NCBI GenBank assembly: GCA_050273025.1 | Contig: CP158635.1 | Coordinates: 18,972,001-19,036,000, forward strand | Source of the DNA: Cenococcum geophilum | Taxonomy: Eukaryota | Reading direction: 5' to 3' | Length of the DNA: 64,000 nt | Part shown: one piece after another, positions 36,801 to 49,544 of the stretch | Numbering within the stretch: position 1 is the first letter of the stretch | Layout of the letters: each line of letters starts with the position of its first letter | Notes under the pieces: model-generated | What the model was told of the DNA's origin: nothing | What the model saw: the letters and a program-made list of their open reading frames with translations, nothing else | The model's database searches: none | Made by a program: the position numbers and the translations under genes

Positions 36801-38430
36801 AGTATTAGGATGGTTAGTTTAGCCGCTACCCCTTATTTCGCTACTATGTGTTTAATCGGATTATAGGAGAGTAAGCCCTTAACGCCACCCGTTTCCTTTA
36901 CGGCTAATTAAATAAAAATAGTCTATCTTTAAATAAGCTTAGTAATATTATAAATAGTAATAGGGGTGGCTAGTTACTAAATAAGATTGTATAGTATATA
37001 CGGAGCCTTAAAGGCACTAGACTTTACTAGAGGCAGAAGAGAAATAAGCTTACGGCTTATGCTAAGAATATTAAGAGCAGGTCTCTATTTTTTACACTTA
37101 GCGCTACTAATCTATATTAGTATAATCTATACTCTTATATACCTCTATTTAATAAATATAAGGCTACTAATAAGGCTTAGTGCTACTAGATTGCTTCTTA
37201 AAATCTTAATAATAATCTATATATTGCTGCTTACTAGCTATATCGCCGCTTTGATCTGTTTAGGAAGCACGTGCTTATAGGCCTATTTAATAGCACTAAC
37301 TTTTAGTCCTAATATAAGTAGTAGGTATAAGGTAGTGGCTATATATATAGCTTTTTATAGAGTTTAACGGCCCTAAGGCCAGATCCGTTAGCTATTAAAT
37401 TAAGGGCGGCTTTTGCTAAATACTGGGCTACTTTTATATCTGTAATTAATCCTAATTAATCTAAGCCTCCTAATCTCTAATATTCTTCTACTCTAAGCTA
37501 TAAAGAATAGCTTAATACTAGTGAGCTTCTTACTGCCTACCTTAATCGATTTTAACGGCACCGTAATTGCACCAAATCTTACTGCTTAAGATTAAAGAAA
37601 GGCTCTACTAGAGCAAAGGAGTGCCGCTTCTATTTTCCACGGTCTCTCCGTAATAAGGCTGCTATATTAAAGGATTAAAATTTATATTACTGGATGTTCT
37701 GTCTATAGCGTAATAATAAGCTTCTTAATGGTTATAATGCAGCTATAATATTAGCGTAGATGGCGAATATTAATACGTCACCCGCTATAAGCATATTAGT
37801 AATAGTTAACTATATAGGCAAATATTACAGCAAGGAAGAGAAGAAGTTAACTTCCTACTAGGAGTTACTTTAATTAGTACAGCCGCACGCTAATAGCCTT
37901 TATACCTTTAGTTTAGTTGTAATTAGGTTTATAAACAATCTTATTACCAAACGCGATTAGTTAGTGTAGGAGGTATACTATCTGCTTTTTAATATTCCCC
38001 TTTATAAAGGCTCTAGGAATATAGTAACTTTAAATTACCACTAGGAGGATGATTAAAGCGCTACGTATAAGCTTAATAATAGGTAACTAAGAGGGTATGG
38101 ACTGTCTAACTATAATAAATATAAGCGCCGCCTAGATAGGGTAGAGGACGTTACTTTCCTTAATTTTCTACTCTATTTTAATTACTTTACTTATAAGCGT
38201 TGGCTAAGAGCAAAGCCTTTAGTTATATCGTACTTTCCGCAATATAACGGCGATTGTTTTTATCTGTAGTATCCTAAGTTCTGCTATATAAAGCTTATTC
38301 TTTATTACCCGTAAAGGGAGTATAAGGAAGTAGCTACTTATACTAATAGATTTGGGGCCCCTAATTATATAGCTTCCTATTAGGCTTGTGTTAACTCTTA
38401 TTAGTACCTACCTAACTACTTTTATAATTA

Positions 38431-39443
38431 ATAATAATTAATAATAATAATTCTTTAATTAACGTCTGATACGGATGCTATCTAGCCCCACGCAGACTAC
38501 TCCGTACACAAGGGAAAAGTAATATTGACGGGAAAAAAACCCTTGCTACTAGGGGGGAGGAAAAACCCTATGAGCCACCTTAGTAGGATGAAAAACCCCG
38601 TTTGCCATGTCCGCACGTAGCAGCGGCCCTGCGGGCCTACAGCTACGTCCTGTCCTCCTTGGATGTTCGAACTCCTTAGGAACTACTGCTTCCTTCTCTA
38701 GCTTATCCAAGCTAGGGTTCACTACGTCCTAGCTAGGCCTTGCTACTTAATTGCTGTCTTGCTGTTGTTTCCTATATCTTGGCCATCCCCTATATGCTAT
38801 CTCTTATTTGACCATTGCCATATACGCCATGCCTCCCCCCCCTAGGGCCTATTGAAGGCGTAAGGGGGATTCATCCGTTCCAATTACCGTAATACTAACA
38901 GCGGGATATGTTGTATTGGGTATCTTTTGTGCCTAGGCCCCAGCTAGGCCCTTTCTAAGGGTTACTACTCCGTCAAAAGGAGATAAGGAAAACCGTGGGT
39001 CGCAATCCAGGCTGCTGGGTATTTGGTACTTGTCAACGGCGAGTGACCGCATGCTCCGCGGGCGATCGCCCTGGGGGTTAGGAGGGGCCGTATATTTGCT
39101 CGTTCGTTTGCTCGTTCGCGATCGCTCGTTCGTCGATGTAAGAGGTCGTTGATGCTTTCTGTTGGGGGTCGGGGGATGCTATCGAATGCTGTATATCCAC
39201 GTTGGATCGTACAGGTGCCTTGATAGGAGAGTAGCGTAGCTGAATTGTAGAGGGCCACAGTAGTGGTTTTCGAGATCTCACCATCTGAAAACCTTTCACC
39301 ACCGCCCACAACGCTTACAACCACGACCACCAGGTCCTATCGCACGCTGTGCGACGTCTCTGCGTTGGCTCTGAGTCTGAACTTCGAAGACCCAGGTTCG
39401 TAGCCGTCACCACGTACAGGTGCAGAGTCCGTTTTCGACGGCC
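38431..39443 (-). mobile_element. Non-autonomous non-LTR retroelement (SINE/SIDE-like, ~1.01 kb), copy 2
   Basis: 14-bp TSD TACTTTTATAATTA (38417-38430, 39444-39457). (ATT)n tail. Same GGCCGTC 5' start as copy 1. Confidence 0.92.
39358..39443 (-). ncRNA. HDV-like self-cleaving ribozyme (P1.1 GU/AC variant)
   Basis: P1 GGCCGUC/GACGGCU, P2 CUCUGC/GCAGAG, P3 ACC/GGU, L3 UGUACGU, P1.1 GU/AC, P4 CUGGGUCU/AGACUCAG, J4/2 GCCAAC (putative catalytic C at 39368). Confidence 0.87.
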
Positions 39444-40247
39444 TACTTTTATAATTAGAAACTAGAGGAAGGTTGCAAAACTACTAATAATATTAATAAG
39501 TTTAAAAGCAATTTCGCAGACAACTTAGAGCTATATTAGTCCTTTAAGGCCCTATATACCCGCGTTTAAAATATTAACGGAGTTAAACTTAAGGATCCTA
39601 ACAGGCTTAGTAATAAGGAGCTTAATTATAACTACGACTAGAGTATGCATTAGGGTACGTATCCGCAGCTTAATAAGAGGACTTATTGGTAGGAAGTACG
39701 GCTATAGCCTCTATCGTAGAGCCGCCTATTCTAAATAGCAACTCCGTCCTCCTTATAACTAGGTTAGCGTTATATCTATAATATTATAGTTAATTACTAT
39801 AGGCAGATCTAAGTAGGCCTTGGCCCCCCCCTACTACGGATTAACGTTAATAGAGAGGCAGGAACTGGCAAATCGCATCTTATTACTGTCCTCTCTACTA
39901 CGCTCTATAATATGGTAAGGGCTAATAATAAGCCGTCGCCATTAGCTTAAGCTGCCCCTACTAGGGTAGCTACCTTTAGTATTAACAGCAGAACTATATA
40001 TAATCTATTAAGGTTGCTAGTAAATTATCCGTTTAAGAAATTGCCTACTACCAGTCTTATACCTCTATAATAAGCTTTTAAGGATATTTACTATTTTATC
40101 CTTAACGAGAAATCTATAATCAGGCAAGTATATCTAGCCTAGATTAATTACCGCCTCCGTTAAATTTACTCTGCGCGTAATAATAACTACTTTAAAGGCT
40201 TAAACATCTTGCTAGTAGGCGATTTCTATTAGCTTCCCCCTATAGGT

Positions 40248-40440
40248 TGTGACGGCTCGAACCATCGAACAAATGTCTCGACAGAGACTTGAACGAATGC
40301 TTGCAAGATCAAGCGAACGAATGCTGTATTACGAAGATATTAAGCTAAGGAGCAAGAGAAGGTGGTGAGGCCACGTCTATATACACACGCCAAGTCTTAA
40401 GCGAACCCCTGACTAGGTGACGCGCTCCAGCGCCGTCACA
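40248..40440. mobile_element. Solo LTR (193 bp), barely RIP-affected
   Basis: Perfect TGTGACGGC..GCCGTCACA terminal inverted repeat. TSD TAGGT (40243-40247, 40441-40445). Splits the helicase just after the QLPP motif. Confidence 0.93.
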
Positions 40441-42508
40441 TAGGTTAGGCGGCCTTATATAGCAATCTACCCGCTAGGCTGTTAGAGCTCGCTAGCTATA
40501 GAAAGGGAGCCTATAAGGCAATTAACCGAACAGCTATCCTAGATTAAGTTAAGCGGTAGGGTGGTAATAACGCTAAGAGCTCTATATTTAGGACCGCCCT
40601 TATAAAGCTACGTAGTAATTCTATAAGTAATTTAACCTAGAAGCTTCTTTTAACTAGATGTAAGTAGGGCCTATCTACTAATAAGGTTGCGGGCTTTAAT
40701 AACGCAATTTGGCTATATGGTATACGCGCTACTATAGGTAAGTATAACGCTATTCGGCTTCGCGACCTTTTATAGCCAGTAGTAGCTATTAAGTTAGTTA
40801 ACACTAGTATAGGTATATAGAAAGTTACTCCTAATTAGTGCGATACTATAGAGAATCTAGCCCTATATATTAGCGCGAAAGTAATACTAATATAGAATAT
40901 CTAGGTTAAACTAGGCTTAGTAAACGGTACTACTGGTATAATTAAAGATATTATATAGAAGGGACACGCGGATATTAAAAAGGATCAGCCTTAGTTACTA
41001 CTAATTGCGGTAGATAGGTATAACGGACCTACCCTATTTACTCGGCAGGATAGTAAGAAAGTCGTCCCTATATTTTCCGTGCTTTATAAGTAGGAAGGTA
41101 TAAAAGGCTCTTACTTACGGCGTTAATTTCTAATTACTTTAACTTTTGCTCTTACTATATATAAAAGCTAAGGCTTAATACTTAACCGGGTGGTTCTAGA
41201 TATTAAGGAAAAGGATAAGATAGCCGGGCTAACTTATATAATAATCTTATAAGTTAAGAAGCTTTTAGGGCTTATATTTAAATATAGGTTTAATATAGAA
41301 CGATTTTAGTATAAGTAAGACTAAAAAAGTATAAGAAGAAGATTTTGCATAGAGGCAGCAGCAACTACTTATAAACGACTTTTCCTAATTAGGAAATTAT
41401 ATACTAGCTTAGAGGTAAGCGGAGAATATGGTATTTATTTTAGTTTCCTAACTTTTAAATAGCTTAACCGTAAAATCCAATTTTCTAAATTTTAACCCCC
41501 CTATTTATCCTACCTTCTTACCGCTTTTAGAGCTGTTAGATATATATATAATAATATATAGGGAGAATTAGTAGTATTACCAGATTAATATTACTGCTGT
41601 CTATAGCGTTAATTAATTTTTTTTTTTTTTTTTTTTTAAAGGGCGGAAATATTACTTATATAAGGAGTTACGTAACCTCTAAGAATATATACTACTTAAG
41701 ACCGTATATTAGCAGCCACGACTTCTCTATACTATAGTTAAGATTTTATATATACTACACCTAGAGCTACTTAAAATAACTATTACCTATAGATCTGCTA
41801 ATTTATAAATTAAAATTTAGACATAGTTAGAGCTATTAGTAGGGGTTATTAATCGCGCTCCCTATAATAAAATCCAACTAATAAACAAACTAATAAATTA
41901 AATTAAAAGTTCGGAACGTCTAAATAAGGTTCTACTAAGACGCTAGCTAAACCCTAACCTAGACCCTTCCTAACCTATTAAATTTTAAAAATAATAACCT
42001 TTACTAAATTAAAAATTAACTTTATCCTTAATAAGCCATCCGATTGGATTTAATGGTTCTTTATTATCTAAGATATAGCTAAAACTAACAAGGTATAGTA
42101 GTATATTAACCTATTTAAGAAGAAAGATAATCTTCTAAAGCTAGAACTGCTAAGTTGGCCTATACTAAGGGATATACTACCTATAGTTATATTAATAGTA
42201 AAGCTAGACCTAAATTAGCTCACTGCTTATAACTAGCTCTACGCTAAATATAAGGACGATTACGCGTATACTAGAAGCAAAAATAGGCTATAAACGATAT
42301 TAATAACTATATCGTTCGCACTATATTAGTAGCCTACCTTTTACTTATTAACAGCCTTAGTAGTTAGTTATATTAAATATTTAAGGCGTCTCTACTACTG
42401 TAGTAGCTACTGCAGTGATAGAGATACCCTGTATTTTAGTAAGCAATTAAGCCTATCTTGTACGAGAATCTTATACTTATTAGTACTTACTAAATTACGT
42501 ACTTGTAG

Positions 42509-45500
42509 GGCCTCCTCCCATCTATAAATACTCCCTTCTCTATACCTTCTTTTCTTCTTTTCTTCTTCTTTATAAGAGCTAGAGGTGCTCTAATATTCCT
42601 CCCTAGTCCCCACTAAGGGATCTATTAGTTAATATAGCGATATAAATAGTATCTAATAAGGAGATGGGTAAGAGAGGAGACAGGAAGGACGGAGGGGCGT
42701 CCGGTAGGTGTTAGTTAAGCAACGTTAATGTCTATATTATGGCTACCTAATCTCCCATTTATAGGCCTCCTCCCATTTATAAATACTCCCTCTTTTATAC
42801 CTTCCTCTCTTCTTCTTTCTTCTTCTTTATAAGAGCTAGAGGTGCTCTAATACTCCTCCCTAGTCCCTACTGTTGGGAATAAAGGCAAATGGTCACCATA
42901 TAAGGCATATTGCCGTCACGTATAGCAAGTTGCCGTTATGTGCGGTAAGTTGCCATCACGTGCCGCCGCGGCACTAGCGTGGTAAGGAACCTTAAGTTTC
43001 TTACCCCTTTCTTTAAGAAGAACATAGAACAATTATTATACTATCTACGAACCATAGCTACGTAATATCCCCTTATGTAACTAATACTGATTAGTGGTTA
43101 ACTTTACTATTATACCATAGAACAGCAAGGTATTTCACTAAGAAGAGACGAGCTACTGTACTAGTGCTACTCGTGCTAGAGGAAGCTGTCTTTTGAGGTC
43201 AGAACTGGTTCTAAATCTTAAATAGAACTCTTCCACGAATCTAAGGATCTAAAGGCTAGAACTAGTCCTGAGCCTTTCTAAGATTACGGATTCTTGCGTC
43301 TATTACGCAGAATAACACGCTTTATAAGTCTTCGCGATTTAAGGCCAGAACTGGTTTTAAGCCCCATAATCGCAAATATACGTCACGAACGCGTACTAAA
43401 TGACAAATATATATCACAAACGCGTACTAAACGACAATCCCTATACTAATAACACTTCCCTCCCTCCGAAAATATGGCTACGCCTACTTTAAATAACTAG
43501 AAAGACTCCTTACCACTAGGGGTAGCTAAGTACGCGAAACTTATTAATAAAGACTAGGACGAATTTGCCTTTAATATAATAACTTATACTGTAAAACAAG
43601 TTAACGGCTTTCTCCTACACTATATTATATTCTACCAAAATAGATGCTATACCAATTTATAACTATAGGAATATTTTAGGGAGGATTTTATAGAATGGAC
43701 TGCTAATACCTAGGCACTTAGTAACGTTAATATTGTTTAGGATTTTTAAAACTTCCTCTATAGGAATAGGGTATACGTTACTAAGAACGGTAACCTAATT
43801 ACTAGTAATATTTAGGCCGTTATTACTAGTATAGATAAACTAATATGGACAGAAGCTAAGATTATACGTTAACTACGGAAACCTAAAAATAACCTATATT
43901 CTTTAGAAGGCAACTTTAATTTATATTAAAACCCCTAGAACGCCAACCCCCTACTTAGAGCTGCTCCCCCACCTAGAGGTGCTCTCCTACTTAGAGTTGC
44001 TCCGCCTCTACCTCCTCTACTCTAGCTAACTAGTAAGCCTCTATTATAAGAAGTTACGAATCTAATAAAGGTATATTTAGACGAAGAGAAGAAGTTTAGA
44101 GGAGAACTGTATAATATGCTTAGAGCAAAACTATAGGTCTTCTATAACTGTTATAATAAGGTTAGAATTTAACGCCACTAGTACCACTACGCTTTCTCTA
44201 TTATGTTAAAGGAACGGGCAGCAATATTCTATTACAACTATATTGCGGGTAAAAACTATAGCTTTAATATAACGCTTTAGCTTACTAAAGCCCACTTTAA
44301 GACTAATAAGAATCGCCAGCTTTATATGTCTGAATAGTAAAAGACTATATTTTAAAGAGTTATCGCTTCTAACCTAATAAAGACTTACTTAGAGTGCCTT
44401 TAACTACTCTTTAATAAACTTTAGAAAATCTAATATAGCCTTACTAAAACTTACCAAAACAAGAACAGCCTAAGGGACTAGGTTATTTTAGTATGCCGTA
44501 GCGTTCCTAAGTATAACTTGGCGCTATATAAACCTATAAATACGTTTAAAGGAGTATATGCTGAGCTACGCTCCGCTATAGGTACTACGATGCGAATATA
44601 AGAATCTTAATAGTTTTATACCGAAAACCCTACCTAACTAAGTATTTCTAACTAATATAATTATAACTAGACTGATTAAATATATAGTGGCCATAGTAGG
44701 GAATACGGAAGAGGGTACGATTAATGTTAACTATAAAGTAACCGTGGAGGTCCTGGTAGAGGTTTATTTTAAAGTAATTACTAAAAGAAGTGCTATATTT
44801 GTAAAAAGCTAAATTGCTAGTTAACTAGATACTCCTTTAATGAGCGAAAAGAGGTATATAATAAGTTCCGTTAAAGTATAAGAAATGTTAGAAATTATAA
44901 GGTTACTACGGCCTACTTTTAAAGCTTCCTGGTTTAATACGAAGGCGTAGAAGATCTTAAGGGTGAGGTTAATAAGACCGAATAGCTCCTTATAGATATG
45001 GAAATTAAGGACTACTTACCTAACTAATACTTTACTAAGTATAGTGAGGTAAATGGCACACAAACTATTGCTGTTCTTAATAACTAATCTATGCTTTATT
45101 TTATTACGAAGTTAGATATCTTTAACGAGCTAAAGGAGAGCTCTGCGTTTTCCTTTAACGATAGATACTTGGCAAACGTCTTCTATAATATTATGCCGGA
45201 TACTAGAGCCGCAGGAGTATCTATAGTAGGAGAACCTTAAGTTTAAGCCCTTTAGTAGCTTAATAGCTCTGTTTAGATTAACTATTTAACGGCAGGCTAA
45301 TACACGATTCGTTTTAGTAAAGGTACTACAATCTTTCTCGGCACAATTAGGGTTTAAACCCCCTTAGGGTATATTACTTTTTACATTGTTCCTATAAACA
45401 CCCCGTTTCTATTTTATATTAAAGATATAGATAAACTAGGCGTTAAGCTTAATAACCTTAAGAATTACTTGTGTAGGGAGATAATTGGGTGCCTATTGTA

Positions 45501-48500
45501 TATAAGTGGGGTTACCCTTAGCTGCTCCTTTAATAACCAGAAAAGAGTATTACTTAGAGCTATTTAACGAAGTTAGAGTTACGCCAACTACACCATTGTT
45601 TTAGTTACCTATTAGTTTACTAATTACTTAGGGTTCTTTAGCGAGTAGGCTATAAAGTTAAGGTTAAGGTAATTAAGCATCTTATAAAATACTGCTACTA
45701 CTACTAAATAAACCAGAGGTCCCCTGGCCGATTTAAGTTTACCCTTAAAGATAACTACGACTTTAACTTCTATATTATCGTCAACGTTATATATCTTAGC
45801 GGCAAGCTAGTACTTTAAGTTATTAACTTCTTAACCTCCTTCTAAGCCGCACGATTCTTAAAGAATATATTAGCTAGGAATATATAGGATACCCTTTAGT
45901 TATGCTAAATTAATGTCTACCTAGGACCCCCTAATTAAATTGTTTATAATATAGGAAAGAACTTCTTATTTATAGAGTTCTGATAATAAATAAAGGCAAT
46001 GGCAATTAAGGTTAAGGAAGTCCCTATTAAGGCATATAATAGTATTAGAAAAGTAGAGTGATATTACGCGCTATTACGCCGCGTATATAAGATTATCTCT
46101 TTAGAACTAAAGGACGCTAGCGAAGAACTTACCTTGTAAATAGCTGTTAAAGCTATTAATAATTCCGCTGGCCCGGACGGACTCGTACCTATATTGCTAG
46201 TCTTTAGCGCCTACCTATAAATAACTAACGATTCTCTACTATCTCCCTCTGTTATATAATAAGCTAAGGCGATTCGCAAGGCAATAAAGGAGGTATAATG
46301 CCTCTATGCTATACGCTAGGTTAATAACGCACTAGGAATAAGAAATGGCCTAAATACCTTAACTGCGCTCGATCTGCTACTCTAGTCTAAAGTACGCGTA
46401 TGGCGTAAAAGGGGAGGATAGTTAGGCCCATATTAACTTATTATAATTAATGGTTAAACTTATACTATTTAAATGCCTTATAAACCTACCTAATTCCATT
46501 TAACTGTTATTAAGCCTTACTATAAAGATAACAATTTTAAGCCTTTATAGGATGCCTTAGAAGATGCCCTAAAAGAGAACTATAATTAATATACTCTAAA
46601 AGGCGACTATAATCCTGATATAATTGTAGTAGATACGCTATAACTATAACGCGGTAGAGGTCGCCCAAAGGGATCACAAAATCGCCAACACCTTATTAAT
46701 TTTAAAGAATAATTTGTTGCCGCCATTAAGAATAAAGTTAAGTTATTAATGGCCTTTATAATAGCTAAAGAGAAGGCTGACTTTAAGCTCGCAAAATAGC
46801 TCTAAAAGGAAGGTCATATTATAACCCTAGGAGCTTCTTTCCAAGCATCCAATAAGCAGGAGATCGACGGTTTTATCATAAGAGGAGTCTTTAAATTTAA
46901 GAAATATAACCCTACTAAGTTTAATGGAGTTCGTATCTTTAAGTTAAGAATGGTTAACGAGATTAAGGGCAAAGCTACTAACGCCCCATTTAAGAAATTA
47001 AGGCTTATTATTTAAGGTTATAATAATAATAGTAAAGAGATAATTCTTATACAATCTCCTATAATTTAACGAGCTAGTTAGCAAGTTATTATTGCATTAG
47101 CTCCCTCCTTAATAAAGAATAAAATGGCAGTTTATTTATAAGATATTACTTAAGCCTACACCTAATTAGAGACGCACCTTTAGCGCTTAATATTAGTATA
47201 CCTTCTAGAGTAAATTCGCCACCAGTATCCTAAAGACACGATTATAGTTATGCTTAAGCCATTATATAGAATTGCAGAGGTAGGAACTTACTAGTGGGCT
47301 ACCTATAGTAAGCACCATAAAGAGAAGCTTTTAATAACTACTTCTATATTCGATCCCTACTTCCTTCTTATAACCACAGGAACCCTATTTAGAATTATCG
47401 GTATATAAACTAATAATATAATTATCTTAGGAGACGACCAATTCTTAGCTCTTAAAGAGGATAAGCTAGTAAAGGCAAATCTTATGGCAAAGCCAAAGGA
47501 AAAGCTTAACTTAATAATACTATTACTCTTTAATAGATGCATCCTCTCCCTAAATAAGGATTCTATTGCTTTACGCCAAAAGGGTTAAGGCAAGAAGATC
47601 GACGTTATTGACGTTAATTCTCTAAAGTAAGGATATATGGAGCAACGTGTTCACGAAGCTTATATTACTTTTATCTATTAACCCAAGGCTTTATTTAATC
47701 TCTCTATTATAGCTTAATACCAGGAACTAATTAAGGACGATGTCTTTGCCCTAAATAAGCGTCTTTTCTAATAAATAAACTATCTTAATTAGGGACTACT
47801 CTACGTACCTATTAATCTTCCTACTGCTAAGCTCTTTATATTTGTTAATAGATCGTTTATAAATAATAAAGATTTTAGCTCCTAGTTAGGATATAAGATT
47901 ATTATTACAAACGAATTTACTAGAGAGAATAACTTTATAATCTATAGTAATCTTATCTATTAAAGCTTAACTAAGAGCAAGCGTATTACCTAAAGTGTTT
48001 TAGTATTAGAGATATATAGAATGGTTAGCGGAGTTAATATAGCAATTACAATTGGAACTACCCTAAAGATAATTATAGATTAACTCAAACTTCCTATTAT
48101 CCCTATAATTGTATACACCGATTTATTTTCCCTCTACGAGTGTTTAGTTAAGCTTAGTACTATAAAGGAAAAGCGCCTTATAATCGATATTATGGCACTT
48201 TAGTAATCCTATAAGCGTTAAAAACTCTTTAAGATTTAATAAATTAATAGCTAAGATAACCTAGTAGATATAATAACAAAGGCGAACCTAAATAAGGCAC
48301 TAGAGACGTTTGTTAATACAAATACCCTACGTATATAAGTTAAAGGTTAGGTTAAAAGGGAGTCCTTAGAAATTTCTTAGTTACGTAAGGTCTTAAGATA
48401 TCTAGGAACTTCGACCAGTGGTTAAAGTTATCTAATTAGTTAGATTCTACAGACCCTAACTTAAACTAGCTAATTAGGATTTTCTATCCCTAGGATAGAA

Positions 48501-49330
48501 AATTATTATTAGCTCGCTTACCGCTAGCGCCTTAGCGGCCCTACTAATAAGATACCTACCTATAACTTATAAGCAAGAAAGCACTACGTGCTAAGAGGCA
48601 AATTTTAGGATAGCGAGACTTATATTACAATAGCAATAGTAAATAAAAAGGATTAATTTTTATTCCGCTAGTTAAGCGGTATATATATATAGATGGTAAC
48701 TATAAAAGAAGAGTTGCTAGTGTTAGGAATAAAGGTAAATGGTTACTATATAAGGCATATTGCCGTTACGTGTAGTAAGTTGCCGTTACGTGTAGTAAGT
48801 TGCCGTTACGTGTAGTAAGTTGCCATCACGTGCCGCCGCGGCACTAGCGTGGTGAGGAACCTTAAGTTCCTTACCCCTTTCTTTAAGAAGAATACAGAAC
48901 AATTATTATACTATCTACGAACCGTAGCTACGTGATATTCCCTTATGTAACTAACACCTACTAAGGGATCTATTAGTTAATGTAGCGATATAAATAGTAT
49001 CTAACGAGGAGATAGGTAAGAGAAAATAGGAAGGACGGAGGGGCGTCTAGTAGGTGTTAGTCGAGCAATATTAATGTCTATATTATAGCTGCCTAATCTT
49101 CTATTCGCAGGCCTCCTCCCGTTTATAAATACTTCCTCCTTTATACCTTCCTCTCTTCTTCTTTCTTCTTCCTTATAAGAGCTAGAGGCGCTTTAATATT
49201 TCTCCCTAGTCTCTACTAAGGGATCTATTGGTCGATATAGCGATAGAGATAGCATTGGACGAGGAGACGGGTAAGAGAGGAGATAGAAAGGACGGAGGAA
49301 CCTTTAGTAGGTGTTAGTTAAGCAACGTCA
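42509..49330. repeat. Three tandem ~255-bp units (GGCCTCCTCCC..GCAACGT), the middle one split by a Copia insertion
   Basis: Units begin at ~42509, ~42764 (continuing at 48962) and ~49110. Confidence 0.8.
42871..48956 (+). mobile_element. Full-length RIP-degenerate Ty1/Copia element (GalEa-like), pol closely matching 2863-9016
   Basis: LTRs at 42871-43086 (216 bp) and 48721-48956 (236 bp). TSD CCTAC. CTGATTAGT at 43087-43095. GMQTDD-like RT motif at ~47400. Confidence 0.93.
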
Positions 49331-49544
49331 ACGGCGGTTTTCGTCACCCAAAAATTGCGTCACGTGATAATAATTGGGAACGCAAGGCGCCTTAACCTTA
49401 CTACTACTTCTAAATTAAGTAAAAGCTCTATATAAGGGGGTCCTAGGGGGTCTCCCCCTGGAAAACCTTATCTCTATATATATTAATTAAAGTCTATATA
49501 ATAAAGCTCTAAATTAAAGCTTTGGGTTAATTGATTGGGGCTTA

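Larger units (their letters stand above)
35750..41380 (+). pseudogene. RIP-destroyed Helitron-like Rep/PIF1 helicase (RepHel) reading frame; boundaries approximate
   Basis: Motifs read after mentally reversing RIP: LPILTTVEELLIARV (~36035), AFPTLFPYG (~36707), FFTLSAAD (~37088), RYEWQARGSGHVH (~37310), YIGKY (~37810), GEAGTGKS (~39852), AAPTGVAA (~39951), ILDEKSM (~40098), GDFYQLPP (~40218), TVHKSQGLTL (~41154). Confidence 0.85.

Noticed and set aside
38965..39330. 121-aa and 77-aa minus-strand ORFs inside SINE copy 2
   Set aside because: Non-ATG starts, no recognisable domain, and not preserved as ORFs in copy 1.
48761..48830. CRISPR-like direct repeats
   Set aside because: Contiguous 20-bp units without spacers inside a eukaryotic LTR.
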